Shown in pieces: positions 1 through 12,900 of a DNA stretch of 64,000 bases. This DNA is from Oculina patagonica (taxonomy: Eukaryota): the NCBI RefSeq assembly GCF_052425735.1, contig NC_135762.1, positions 5,332,001-5,396,000 of the forward strand, in the 5' to 3' direction. Position 1 is the first letter of the stretch, and every line of letters begins with the position of its first letter. The position numbers and the translations under genes were made by a program. A model generated the notes under the pieces. It did no database searches, was not told the origin of the DNA, and saw only the letters and a list, made by a program, of their open reading frames with translations.

Positions 1-2103
1 ACACCCTTAATTTTGGTTTTTAGTGCAATAACTCAAAATACGATCTCGGGGACCCCCATTTTTTATTGTTGAGTTATGAACAACGTGTAACGAAACAACT
101 TTCTGCAAAGTTAAAAAAATTCACTGTCAGTTTGTTGGGTTTCTATCAACACTGGTTTCGAATAATTATAGCAAAGAAAACCGGCGAATTTTATATTCTT
201 CACCTATCATCCACTGCTAGCTATTGTCTCGTTAACTGTTAATTGACAATTAAATGAGACCAGTTTATCCCTAGAAGCCCCCCTTTATGGCGCGCCTTCG
301 TTTTGAACTGAAAAAAGGAACTTTTAATGTGTTCGTGTTTGAAAACAAAAATGTATTTCTAAGACTTAGAAAGATTGTGCTAGTTATTTCTTTTCTTGAG
401 ATAAATCAAAATTTTGCCAATTGGTAGTCTTTACTGCAAATCATTTCGTAATCTCTTTTCCAGTACAAACTCCGTTAATCCATCGGTATGCTTCAACTAA
501 TCAGTGATTTAATTGAAGTTGGTTGAAAACAACAGTGAATGAAAATTTAAGGAGTCACGGAAGTAAGACAGTAAGAGGATAGTGGTGATTTTATTCTAAC
601 AATGATTTAACAAGCAATAAAGTGGAGCTTGTCTGCCTTCGTGGCCTTATGGTGAACCTAAATTTAATACCAATACCGGCCAACGCAGAAAAAATAGAAA
701 GGGAAGTTTATTGTTTTCGCAGTAGGATTAAAGTGTCTCGTTTTTACTACAGTCAATTGAACCAATTAAAAAGCCAGTTTGTTGAAGGTGTTTGAACATG
801 AAACTAACGAGAAATTGCCCTTCGGCTTTTATACTTGTGGTTAAAACATTTCAGTGAACTTTTTCATTTTATCTTTTTGCCTTAAAGTAGCGCTTGATTT
901 CCATCGCTATTCCTATTTGCAAGTCCAAACATAGCTAAAGTTTAATATCACTGCGCCGGCAATTCGGGTTGCTTTTGTTTATGGAATTTGAATTCTCTCT
1001 GTGTGTTCGACTGTGTATTCGACAAGTGTATTCGACTTTGAAAACAATTTTTTACGTAGCAAAGACTATGTGTTGTCTTTTCTTGACCTAAATCACGATT
1101 TTGCCGATTGATAGATTCTCAAAAACAAATTGCCTGCTGTCTTATGAGTCTCGCGTCAAAACAAAATTAAAGATAAAACGCACTAAGCCCTTTTTTGTGT
1201 GAAATGAATGATGACTTGGTTTAACGAAATTCAGGCGATGAGGGTAAAAGGTAAAATGAATTTACAGAATGGCACGTGCATGAAATGGCTTGTCGCGCCT
1301 TTTTTGAGCTAACTTCGCAAAAGCAGCCGCTTTTTGAATAAAGCACGAGTTTTGCAAACGTCTTCTACGTCAGTGCAGCGGATAACCAGAACTGGATATC
1401 TGGTGACGTCACCAGAAATGGCAATATGGCCGCCGAAGCTAGGCACACTATACATTCTCTTTTCTGAGCTCTTTTTGTGGCCAAAAAGTGGCCTTTTCCC
1501 ACAAGGCTTTGCAAACAATACAATAGAACAATAGAGATTTGTTGCGTGGAGAAGAAAATGGCGTTTTGCGAAGCTTTCACGAGTTGCGAGGCCGAAACCG
1601 TACCATTTTGTGCTATTTTTGCTCTGTTTTCGACGCGACAGGACGACACATAAATGGAAAAATCAGGTATGTAGCATTTTTTGTCCTCTTTGGAAAAAAT
1701 TTGTATGAAATTTGCTTTTACATGGTGTTATTTTCGTGTTGTTCCATGACTGCATCGCTTGTTCCACGGCTTTCGAAGATGCAATTATGTAGTTCGCCAG
1801 ATGTGTTTCTCGTTGACCGATCACACATGCCATGCTGTGGACCCGATTTGAAGCTGTATTTATTCTTATTCCCCATCAGTATACTTGGCTAAAAACAATA
1901 CAAATAATTTATTCATCTTGTTTATCACATAAAAGCACAGCCACAAATAAAACAGCTCTGCATACAAATTAAGAAACTCCAGTTATAGCTGGTGTTTTTT
2001 TGTGCATCCAGTTTGCAATTTTGTCTTTTTGTCATGGGTCTGGTCATTCTGGTCAGGCTGTAGCATTAACTGTGGTTCCCTGTTTTAAGAGTCCAATGAG
2101 TCT

Positions 2104-2231
2104 GAATAAATGAGACAATTAAAGTGTTTTTCACACAAAGGTAAATTTGTATCCAGGCAAAATTATTGTGGTTCAATAGGTTATAATTAACTACCTTTGT
2201 GTGAAAAACACTTTAATTGTCTCATTTATTC
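2104..2231. repeat. 40-bp perfect inverted repeat with 48-nt spacer
   Basis: GAATAAATGAGACAATTAAAGTGTTTTTCACACAAAGGTA (2104-2143) has its reverse complement at 2192-2231. Confidence 0.9.
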
Positions 2232-2552
2232 CGGTTTCTGAAATTTGCAGAATGCAGAATGCAGAATGCAGACTAATAGAATATATTGTGTTACCTTTAC
2301 CATTATTGAAAGCTAACCGTAAACAGGCTAACCGAAAAGCTATTTAGGCTAACCGGAGTGTGTAGTAGGCTAACCTGAGTGAACAGTTCACTCCAGTTAG
2401 CCTACTACGCACTCTGGTTAACCTACTATACACTCCGGTTAGCCTGTTTACGGTTAGTTTTCAATAATGGTAAAGGTAACACAATATATTCTCTTAGTCT
2501 GCATTCTGCAGTCTGCATTCTGCATTCTGCATTCTGCAAATGTCATACACCG
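2232..2552. mobile_element. Palindromic MITE with (GCAGAAT/GCAGACT)n subterminal repeats
   Basis: Arms at about 2243-2335 and 2437-2541 are reverse complements with heptamer repeats. Confidence 0.75.
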
Positions 2553-2590
2553 TTTTTGAGTTAACATCTCTTATATAATTTATTATTTGT

Positions 2591-2846
2591 GGGAGGTGCA
2601 GTGATTGAGCGGTCCGGGTTTCCAACCCGGCCAGGGCACTGTGTTGTGTTCTTGGGCAAGGAGAGTCTCTCCCCCACCCATATGTATAAATGGGCACTAG
2701 TGAATTTACAGTCAGGGGTAGCCCTGTGGTGGGCTAGCATCTTGTCCAGGGGTAGTAGAAATATGCCTAGACACTTAATGCTACAGAAATCAGGATAAGC
2801 TCTGGCCTTGATGAGCCACTAGGCTCAACAACAGGCTTTACCTTCT
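2591..2846 (+). mobile_element. tRNA-derived SINE (same family as 57447-57739), degenerate
   Basis: Shares TGTGTTGTGTTCTTGGGCAAG and GGATAAGCTCTGGCC blocks with 57447-57739. Flanked by TTATTATTTG direct repeats. Confidence 0.75.
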
Positions 2847-4917
2847 GTTATTATTTGAATCATGCACTCATGGCTCATTGACTTATTTGACATCATTTAA
2901 ACTTTGATTTTATTTATAGTATTTTTGTAGTATTTACTTTATTGCTTTTGTATGACTTGTTTAGATGAGGGTGATTGACTGAATTTTAAATTCATGTTAA
3001 CATTTCTGGCACTTGAAAATAAGAATTTTAATTTGAGAGCACCTTTGATAATTATAATAATTTTACATGTATATCCAAAGCTCCTGTGATTGCTGTTCTC
3101 CCCTATTTTAACTGCTTAGCTATCCACCATATTATCCTTAATTTAAAACCATATTAGATTATGATCCTACATGTAGGATCCTTTGAATTCTGACAAGTAC
3201 AGATTTTTTTATTATGGATGAAACACAAGATAAAAAGTGAAACTAGCCACCTGGTAATTAAGGTGGACATGATTGGGGTATGGGGAGAATCTGGGCTGGC
3301 CTGGTACATGTGCTATTTTGACAAATCTTGTTTTCTCTGTATCATCACCCATGGTATAAATGTTACCACACTTTTCCACCAAATTTGACTATATCTTGCT
3401 GTCCAATAATGGGGGAATGTTCACATGGTAAAGCACCATACAATACAGTGAATGCACAATTCAACAAATGGGGCTATCATCTTTTCAATTCAGACCTTGG
3501 CATCATATTGTAAAATTTTAGTGGCTGTGGAGATTGCGAGAAATGGTAGAATATTGTTTGGGAATCTTGATCTAGCTAAAATCCACAGTTCAACAGCATG
3601 TAAATGCTGACAGAATCATTTTCCCTTCCCAGTGATAGCTAGTATATGTAAAAGGATGGAATAATTAGTGAGTTGAGCTGCTCTCATTGCACTAATACAA
3701 TTTGCTAAATCTTATTTTTTGCAGGTTATGGCAAGAAAGCAGTAACAGGAAAAGGAAGTTATGATATGATCAATAAACATAATAAAATAACTTTTGAATG
3801 AGTGATGTTGAATGCTATAATCAAGTTACTGTAATGTTCGTTTCAACCCTGCTTGCACACAAAATACAAACAAAGCAAAATTTTGAGTATAAACAGAAAG
3901 TGAATGAAGTGTCTGAGGCAGCAGCAAAGAAAGATACCTAACATGGGTTTGTTAAAATCTGAATTCTGTGCCGGAATTGAAAGCTGTAGTGGCAGTCAAT
4001 TTTTAGAAACGAATGACAATTAATTACATTTTTTACCTCAAGGAATATTGTTATCAGGATAATCCTGAACAAAGTATTAGAACTTTTGAACATACATGTA
4101 CCTGGAACATTTTCGAAGACTAAATGTTTTTATTAATCACTGAAACATTGAATGTGACACAGAAACGATCCCATCTAAAAATCTGTGCTAAATTGTATTT
4201 AGCCTGCGAGCAGGCTCTCATTTCGGGCGCACGACGTGGATCTCTATTTGAAACGTGTACTACAATACTTCAACTGTCATAATGGCCTGATGAAAAATTA
4301 TATTCAGCTGCATTAGACATATTAAGGCCGAAGCATCTTTCTTTCGTTTACGATGCTTTGGCTGTCAGCCTTGAAATCAACATCTTGTGCAAAAAATCCT
4401 TTATAATGAAAAGTACAGCGCAGTGCGGTGGAATCTTGAGTTACAAAACTTCAGAGGAAACGAAAATTGATTCGAGAAAGCGTGCGTTAAATTGAAGCGT
4501 AAATCCACAAGTAACATACATCAAAGGAAAACAACCACTGGTTTTAGTTATGCGGAGCTCGAGGTTCAAGAAAACGTGGGTTAATCGGGATTCTACTTAT
4601 ACCATTCGAGCTTGTTGTATTCGTTCATGGAAGACTCGGGGACCGACGCCATATTTGCTCAGCGTTCTACTGGAGCTTAGTCCTTTCGCGGTCTGAACAA
4701 TGTTTTGGTCGGTGAATGAGCCAATCAGAACACAGGAAATCATATATCCAGTTCTGGTTATCCGCCGAACTGTACGTTGTTGAGAAATGGGTTAAAAACA
4801 AAACTTCTACTTTAGATTGAAACCGGCAGTCCTACCATGACTCACTATCACCAAGCGGCTAAAAGGGGAAAACACCGGGCTTGTTTACTCTCAGTAAACT
4901 TAGAATAGTGTTTAGTG

Positions 4918-5125
4918 GAGCAGGGATAGCGCAATGGTGAGAGCGCTCGCTTCCCACCAATGTGGCCCGGGTTCGATTCCCGGACCCGGTGTCATATGTG
5001 GGTTGAGTTTGTTGTTGGTTTTCGTCCTTGCTCCGAGGACCAACACTTCTAAATTCCAATTCGATCGGGGATTCAGGGCCACAATGAAAACAACTGGGAC
5101 ACCAGTAATTGTGTTACCCTTCAAA
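4918..5125 (+). mobile_element. tRNA-derived SINE (second family)
   Basis: A-box-like TAGCGCAATGG and B-box GGTTCGATTCC, then CATATGTGGGTTGAGTTTGTTGTTGG. Absent from the paralogous repeat unit near 7165. 5'-truncated minus-strand copies at about 9150-9330 and 13680-13855. Confidence 0.8.
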
Positions 5126-6954
5126 AGTCGGGGTTTTTTTAGGAGAAGCAGCTAAGCCGCAAATCGAAACATATCACTTCAGACATTTAAAGAAGAAGAG
5201 AAATTTGTACGTTGGATTAAAATATTCTTACTACTTTCTGCTCAGTTGTGTTGCCGATAGATTATGAAATAAATCCTTAGAACTATAGAAGGGACTCGCC
5301 TCCTCCTTCCTTCAACACTATCTAATTTGCATTTTATTTTTGCATGCAGTTGAAGGATGGAGCTTTGCAAAATTATTGGGTTTCTTTACGATTTCAAATC
5401 CGCTTTGAAAATTTGAAATATTTCCTAGTTTGACATCAGTAAAATGTAAATTATTTTTAGATAAGATATATGGTAAAATTTGTACTTCAAATGTGACCTG
5501 TCATTACTCGGGGCTTTGCGTTAGCGTAAACACGCTCGCTAATTATGATAATAGATATCGTGTCAAGATCCTCAAGAATGTTATCCTAGTTTTCAAGTTA
5601 CATACGTTCTTTTTAAGCAAAATAGTTCAAGAAACCAATTTAAAAAAAATTCACTTTTGGGGGGGGGGGGGGTTCGAATGATTATAGGAAAGAAAACCGG
5701 CGAATTTTATATTCCTCATGCACTTATCATCCACTGTTAGCTATTGTCTCGTTCACTGTTAATTGAAAATTAAATGAGCCCAGTTTATCCCTGGAAGCCC
5801 CCCTTTTTAGGCGCGCCTTCGTGTTTAACTGAAAAAAGACTTTGTGCTTGCGTTTAAACATAAATGTTTTTCTACGAATTAGAAGATTGCAAGTTATTTC
5901 TTTACTTGAGATAAGTCAAAATTTTGCCCATTGGTAATCTTCAGTTACTGGAAATCATTTCGTAATCTCTTTTCCAGAACCAACTCCGCTAATCCATCGG
6001 TATGCTTTAACTAATCGGTGATTTAATTGAGGTTGGTTGACAACAACAGGGAATAAAAATGAGTCACCGAAGTAAAAGTAAAAGGATAGTTGTGATTTTT
6101 ACTCTTAACAATGATTTAACAAGCAATAAAGCGGAGCTTGTCTTCCTTGTGACTTTATGGTGAACCTAATGTTAGCCAATACCGGCCAATGCAGAAAAAA
6201 ACAGAAAGGGAAGTCTATTGTTTTCGCAGTGGGATTAAAATGTCTCGTTTTCATTACAGTCAACTGAACCAATGTGTTGAACATGAAACTAACGAGAAAT
6301 TGCCGTTCGGCTTTTATACTTGTGGTTAAAACATTTCAGTGAACTTTTTCACTTTTACCTATTTGCCTTAAAGTAGCGCTTGATTTCCATCGCTTCTCTC
6401 CTGCAAGTCTCAGAACATAGCTAAAGTTTAATATCACGGCAATTCGGATTTCTTTTGTTTATGGAATTTGAAATCTTTCTGTGTGTTCGACTGTGTATTC
6501 GACAAGTATATTTGACTTTAAAAACATCTTTTTTTCGTAGCAAAGACTTTGTCCTTGACCTAAATCACGATTTTGTCGATTGATAGATTCTCGAATATCA
6601 TTCTTTTAACGGCTGGTCCGCGCTTCCAATTTGCATGCTGTCTCGAGTCTCGCGTCAAAACAAAATTAACGATCAAACGCACAAAGCCCTTTTTGTGTGA
6701 ACGAAATGATGACTTGTAACAATGGTTTAGTTATATTCAGGCGATGAGCCGATTGGTAGATTCTCAAAAATCATTCTTTCAATGGCCGGTCCCTTTTAGA
6801 TAATCCTTGCAAACAAATTGCCTGCTGTCTTATGAGTCTCGCGTCAAAACAAAATTAACGATCAAACGCACTAAGCCCTTTTTTGTGTGAGCTGAATGAT
6901 GACTTGTAACAATGGTTTAGCGGTATTCAGGCGGTGAGGGTAAAATGCGAAATG

Positions 6955-9900
6955 AGTTTGCAGAATGGCATGTGCATGGTATAGCTTGCCGCGCCTTTTT
7001 GTGCTAACTTTGCAAAAGCAGCCGCTTTTTGAATAAAGCTCGAGTTTCGCAAACGTCTTCTACGTTGATGAGAAATGGGTTAAAAACAAAATTTCTACTT
7101 TAGATTGGAACCGGCAGTCCTACCATGACTTACTATATCACCAAGTGGCTGAAAGGGGAAAACACGGCGCTTCTCAAGTTTACTTTTAGGAGAAGCAGAT
7201 GAAGAAGAAGAGGAATTTGTACGTTGAAGTAAAATATTCTTACTAATTTCTGCTCAGTTGTGTTACTGATGGATAATGAAATAAATCCTTAGAACTATAG
7301 AAGGGACTCGCCTCCTCCTTCTTTCGACACCATCTAATTTGCATTTTATTTTTGCAGTTGGACGATGGAGTTTTACAAAATTGTTGTGCATTTTTACAAT
7401 TTCAAATCCGCTGTGAACATTTAAAAATTCCTAGTTTGACATCAGTAAAATGTAAATTATTTTTAGAAAAGAGTAAAATTTGCACTTCAAATGTGATCTT
7501 TCAAGATCTAAGATCCTAGAATGTTATCTTGGTTTGCAAGTTACATATGTTCTTTTTAAGCAAAATGGTTCAAGAAACCATTTAAAAAATTCACTTTTGG
7601 AGGGGTTTCGAATAATTATAGCAAAGAAAACCGGCAAATTTTATTCTTCACTGATCATGAGAGAGAGAAATCGTTTATTCAAAAATCCAATGCAGCAATT
7701 ATCTCGTTCACCGTTAATTGAAAATTAAATGAACCCAGTTTATCCCTGGAAGCCCCCCTTTACGGCGCGCCTTCGTGTTTAACTGAGAAAAAAAAAATAT
7801 GTTTACGACTTAGAAAGATTACAAGTTATTTCTTTACTTGAGATAAATTAAAATTTTGCCAATTGGTAGTCTTTATAATTACTGGAAATCAGCATTTCGT
7901 AATCTCTTTTCCAGAACAAACTCCGCTAATCCATTGGTATGCTTTAACTAATCGGTGATTTAAATGAAGTTAGTTGACAACAACATTGAATAAAAAAAAG
8001 TCACTGAAGTAAGTAAGTAAGTAATTAAGAAAAAAATGATTTTTTTAGTCTAAAAGTTTGAAGTGAACCTAAAGTTGAACTAAAGCAAACCAATACCGAC
8101 TAACTGCAGTGAAACGGAAAGGAAAGACTATTGTTTGTAGCAGTAGGGGATTGAACATGAAACTAACAGAAAAGTGTCCTTCGGCTAGGAAGAGTGTAGC
8201 AATGCATATAAAACATAGTTTTTCAGTACTCGCTTTTATACCTGTGGTTCAGAAACGTTTCAGCGAACTTTTTTATTTTTTCCCTTGCATTTTCTGGGAC
8301 GAAACCACTTTCCTACTGAATTCGCAAGTCCAAACGTACATTAATGGACTCAAACAAAATTTTAATATTCATTCAGGTTGCTTTTGTGCATGGAATTTGA
8401 ATGTAAAAGTAATCCTTTACTGTCAAAAACATGGTGTGTTCGACTTTAAAAGCAAAAATATTTTTTCTTTTCATAGAAAAGGGTATATTTAGTTGTTTTG
8501 TCTTGATCTAAATCACGATTTTTTTCAATTTGCCGATTGATAGATTCTCAAAACTCAGTTCCATAGTCCCTTTTACAATGGTGCATTAGATAACCGTTTA
8601 GACAAATTATGTGTCTGCAGGGCCGTAACTAGCAAGAGGCAAACGAGGCACTTGTCTCGTCTAGATCAGATTTTAACCCAAAATTAAAAACAAAATTCGT
8701 TTAGTTGGGGAAATAACTCCCAATTGAACAACATTGATTTTTTTTTTTTCAAGAAAAAACTTGAAAAATGTAACATAACCCGTTTTAGAGCTTCTAGACT
8801 TTTTTTTTTTTTTTTTTTTTTTTTGGGGGGGGGGGGGGTACAGTTGTATGCGACAGACCAGCCTGCGTTGCAGACGAACGCATGAAATGTGGGAAAACGC
8901 GTAGAGGAGGAGAGCAAGTGCCGCGAATTTTTTAAACCAATCGCAAAGCGTAGTAATGCAAAACCAAAGCAAACGCGAATTACTTTCGACACTCAAGTGA
9001 AAATCGCTCTATCGAGTTTTATAAAATATCTCAAATACTACGCGCGCTCGGCTGGTCAAAAACCTGTGTACACTACGCCCTGACAACATGTATGCGTAAA
9101 TTTAGTTCAATGTTTTATTTTGGTCTATCAGATAAAAGATATAATAAATAATAATAAATTACTTTTTTATGGAGGCGTGTATTCCTGATCGAATTGAATT
9201 TGGAAGTGTTGACTTTTGTCGAGGGAGGAACACCGGAGCACCCGGAGAAAAAACCCTCGGAGCAAGAACGAGAACCAACAACAAACTCAACCCACATATG
9301 ACGCCGGGTTCGGGAATCAAACCAGGGCCATAAAAGGCATATTGGTGATATTAACGTGACACCAGAAATTTTGAGACGATAAAATAAACGTCTATGCACA
9401 ACGAATACACGTCTGTTTTGAGTCGCTTACGTTAGCAAAACCTATAAACACTCTATAAAGTGGAACAAAAATAATATCAGAAATTCGCCTTGTTTTTCAA
9501 TAACAAACAGTAATACCGTAAGTAGAAATCTTTGGTGCCCATATACCTAAGCAGAGAAGTGATACGTTTTAGCGGATTGTTTTTGGTAAGTTTGGTATTC
9601 TAAAGGCGCTGACGTAATATGTTATATGTTGATAACAAGTTTTAAAGTATTGTTCACTAAAAAAAAATAACTTTTTGTGCTGTCCGTTGTCCGTCTTAGA
9701 GAGGTGTCCGTCTTACAGAGAGTTTTCTTACAGTAAAATGACTGAAAAACGGCAGGGACCATGACCAGGTGTCCGTCTTATGGAGGTGTCCGTTAAGAGA
9801 GAGTTGACTCTATGTAGAAATTGCAACATAGCTATACAATTAACAACTACTGTTGAAATCTTCACCAACAGCTATATTTTGTTAACTGGGCCAACTTGTT

Positions 9901-12900
9901 CGAAACTTGTTCAAAGGGTGGATATTGCCCCACCTAATTATATATAAACTGCCTGTTCTGCAGTTAGGATAATGTTATCCACTGGATAATTAAATCACTA
10001 TGACAGTTTTCACACAGCTGGATTTTTCCCCAAAAGCATGGGCTCTCATTGCCTACTTTGAGGTCACGTGACATCTAACAATAAAACTGTTTCCTGCCGA
10101 AGGTCTCTGAGTGTGCAACATTGCAAAATCTATGACATCAGAGGGTAACAGTGCACTGTTGCCCGCATATGTTGATCACCGACTGCGGTTTTTCTAATAA
10201 ATGCTTTTTAACAAATCCCTTAAATGACTGCATGGTCCCTTGGGATATCAGATCATTGGGATATCAGATATCAGATCATTGGGATATCAGCGTTCTTTGT
10301 GTTATTTTATTGCACCTTCTGGCAATTTAGGGGTAATTTGACAAGGGATTTTTTTGGGGGGTTATTTTTGGTTCAGGGATTTTTTTGGGTAATGTCGGAA
10401 GACTTAGGGATTTTTTTGGGTCCTGAATTTTGCCTCCATTCGATCATCCCCGTCATTTACAAGCCGGAGTACCCCCCCTGGGGATTTATCAGTGGCCCTA
10501 GTTGTTCAAAGGGTGGATAGCATTAATATCCACCAGATAATTAAGTCACTATCCACTTGAATTTTTTTTTTTTATAGTTTAATGTCTTGTCAACACTGAT
10601 CCACTGGATACTGATTTATCTGGGCCCAGTTAAGTTGCTCAATAACGCTATCCACTGGATAAATTGCTGTCCAGTGGATAACTGTCAAACAAAACCCACC
10701 TCGTTATCCACTGCATCAGTGATTTATCTGGTGGATAGCATATTGAGAAACTGGGGCCAGATGGATAGTGTCATATATTCATCTATTCACCTTTTGAATA
10801 ACTCACTGGGGCTAGGAGTATAAATACTTAGTATAATATACCACACAGGTGAGTAGTTCTTTTCCCACGCTCGGATTGGCTAGCTAACTCGGAGGTGATA
10901 TTACCAAAGCACTATTCACCTCCAAGCAGCTGAAGAGAAACAAAATAGAACCAATGCAATTATGGCGGCTGTTAATTTTCAACTCCCAGAAAAATCATTT
11001 GTCAACATAAATCAGTGTGTAAAGTTTAATTAAGGCTATACTTTCATCTAATGGGAAGTTACAGGGGCATTTATATTGCCAAAAACATGAAAATGAGGCT
11101 AGGAAGGCCAGGGTGACTTTTTCCATACAAATCTCTTAAAGTTTGCAGAATGGCATGTGCATGGTATAGCTTGCCGCGCCTTTTTGTGCTAACTTTGCAA
11201 AAGCAGCCGCTTTTTGAATAAAGCTCGAGTTTCGCAAACGTCTTCTACGTTGATGAGAAATGGGTTAAAAACAAAATTTCTACTTTAGATTGGAACCGGC
11301 AGTCCTACCATGACTTACTATATCACCAAGTGGCTGAAAGGGGAAAACACGGCGCTTCTCAAGTTTACTTTTAGGAGAAGCAGATGAAGAAGAAGAGGAA
11401 TTTGTACGTTGAAGTAAAATATTCTTACTAATTTCTGCTCAGTTGTGTTACTGATGGATTATGAAATAAATCCTTAGAACTATAGAAGGGACTCGCCTCC
11501 TCCTTCTTTCGACACCATCTAATTTGCATTTTATTTTTGCAGTTGGACGATGGAGTTTTACAAAATTGTTGTGCATTTTTACAATTTCAAATCCGCTGTG
11601 AACATTTAAAAATTCCTAGTTTGACATCAGTAAAATGTAAATTATTTTTAGAAAAGAGTAAAATTTGCACTTTAAATGTGATCTTTCAAGATCTAAGATC
11701 CTAGAATGTTATCTTGGTTTGCAAGTTACATACCGTAAAATTCCGGTTATAAGCCCTCCCGCTTATTAGCTCCCCCGGTTATAGGCCCATCTATCTGGCA
11801 ACAAAAAAATACATCCGATTATAAGCCCTCCCGGATATAAGCCCCCCTCTGCCGGATGACAGAACTGAACAGGGCTAAATGTTGCTTTATGATGCATTTT
11901 AAACTTAAAAACGTATTTCGATCAACACTTTCGTGGCTCGTTTCGAAACGTTTTTTTCATTCCGCTTATAAGCCCTTCCGGATATAAGCCCCTCCGTTTA
12001 TAAGCCCACCCAAAACCCCTTACGAAGTTGTACAAGCCCAGGGCTTATAACCGGAATTTTACGGTATGTTCTTTTTAAGCAAAATGGTTCAAGAAACCAT
12101 TTAAAAAATTCACTTTTGGAGGGGGTTTCGAATAATTATAGCAAAGAAAACCGGCAAATTTTATTCTTCACTGATCATGAGAGAGAGAAATCGTTTATTC
12201 AAAAATCCAATGCAGCAATTATCTCGTTCACCGTTAATTGAAAATTAAATGAACCCAGTTTATCCCTGGAAGCCCCCCTTTACGGCGCGCCTTCGTGTTT
12301 AACTGAGAAAAAAAAAATATGTTTACGACTTAGAAAGATTACAAGTTATTTCTTTACTTGAGATAAATTAAAATTTTGCCAATTGGTAGTCTTTATAATT
12401 ACTGGAAATCAGCATTTCGTAATCTCTTTTCCAGAACAAACTCCGCTAATCCATTGGTATGCTTTAACTAATCGGTGATTTAAATGAAGTTAGTTGACAA
12501 CAACATTGAATAAAAAAAAGTCACTGAAGTAAGTAATTAAGAAAAAAATGATTTTTTTAGTCTAAAAGTTTGAAGTGAACCTAAAGTTGAACTAAAGCAA
12601 ACCAATACCGACTAACTGCAGTGAAACGGAAAGGAAAGGCTATTGTTTGTAGCAGTAGGATTAGTGTCTCTTTTTCATTACATTCATTGAACATGAAACT
12701 AACAGAAAAGTGCCCTTCGGCTAGAAAGAGTGTAGCATATAAAACATAGTTTTTCAGTACTCGCTTTTATACCTGTGGTTCAGAAACGTTTCAGCGAACT
12801 TTTTTATTTTTTTCCCTCGCATTTCTGGGACGAAACCACTTTCCTAATTCGCAAGTCCAAACGTACATTAATGGACTTACACAAAAGTTTAATATTCATT

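Larger units (their letters stand above)
1371..4772. mobile_element. Non-autonomous TIR DNA transposon, 3.4 kb, 5-bp TSD TACGT (hAT5-like or Transib-like; superfamily uncertain)
   Basis: 29-bp TIRs (CAGTGCAGCGGATAACCAGAACTGGATAT vs reverse complement of the right end, CAGTTCGGCGGATAACCAGAACTGGATAT). TSD at 1366-1370 and 4773-4777. The empty site TCTTC-TACGT-TGATGAGAAATGGG is visible in paralogous copies near 7060 and 11245. Confidence 0.9.

Noticed and set aside
4918-4995. tRNA gene
   Set aside because: A and B boxes are present but there is no clean cloverleaf, and the sequence runs into a multi-copy SINE body.
8673-9399. Short ORFs with poly-Lys/Pro (and their duplicates near 13.2-13.8 kb)
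   Set aside because: They translate homopolymer runs, MITE and SINE sequence and show no protein-like features.
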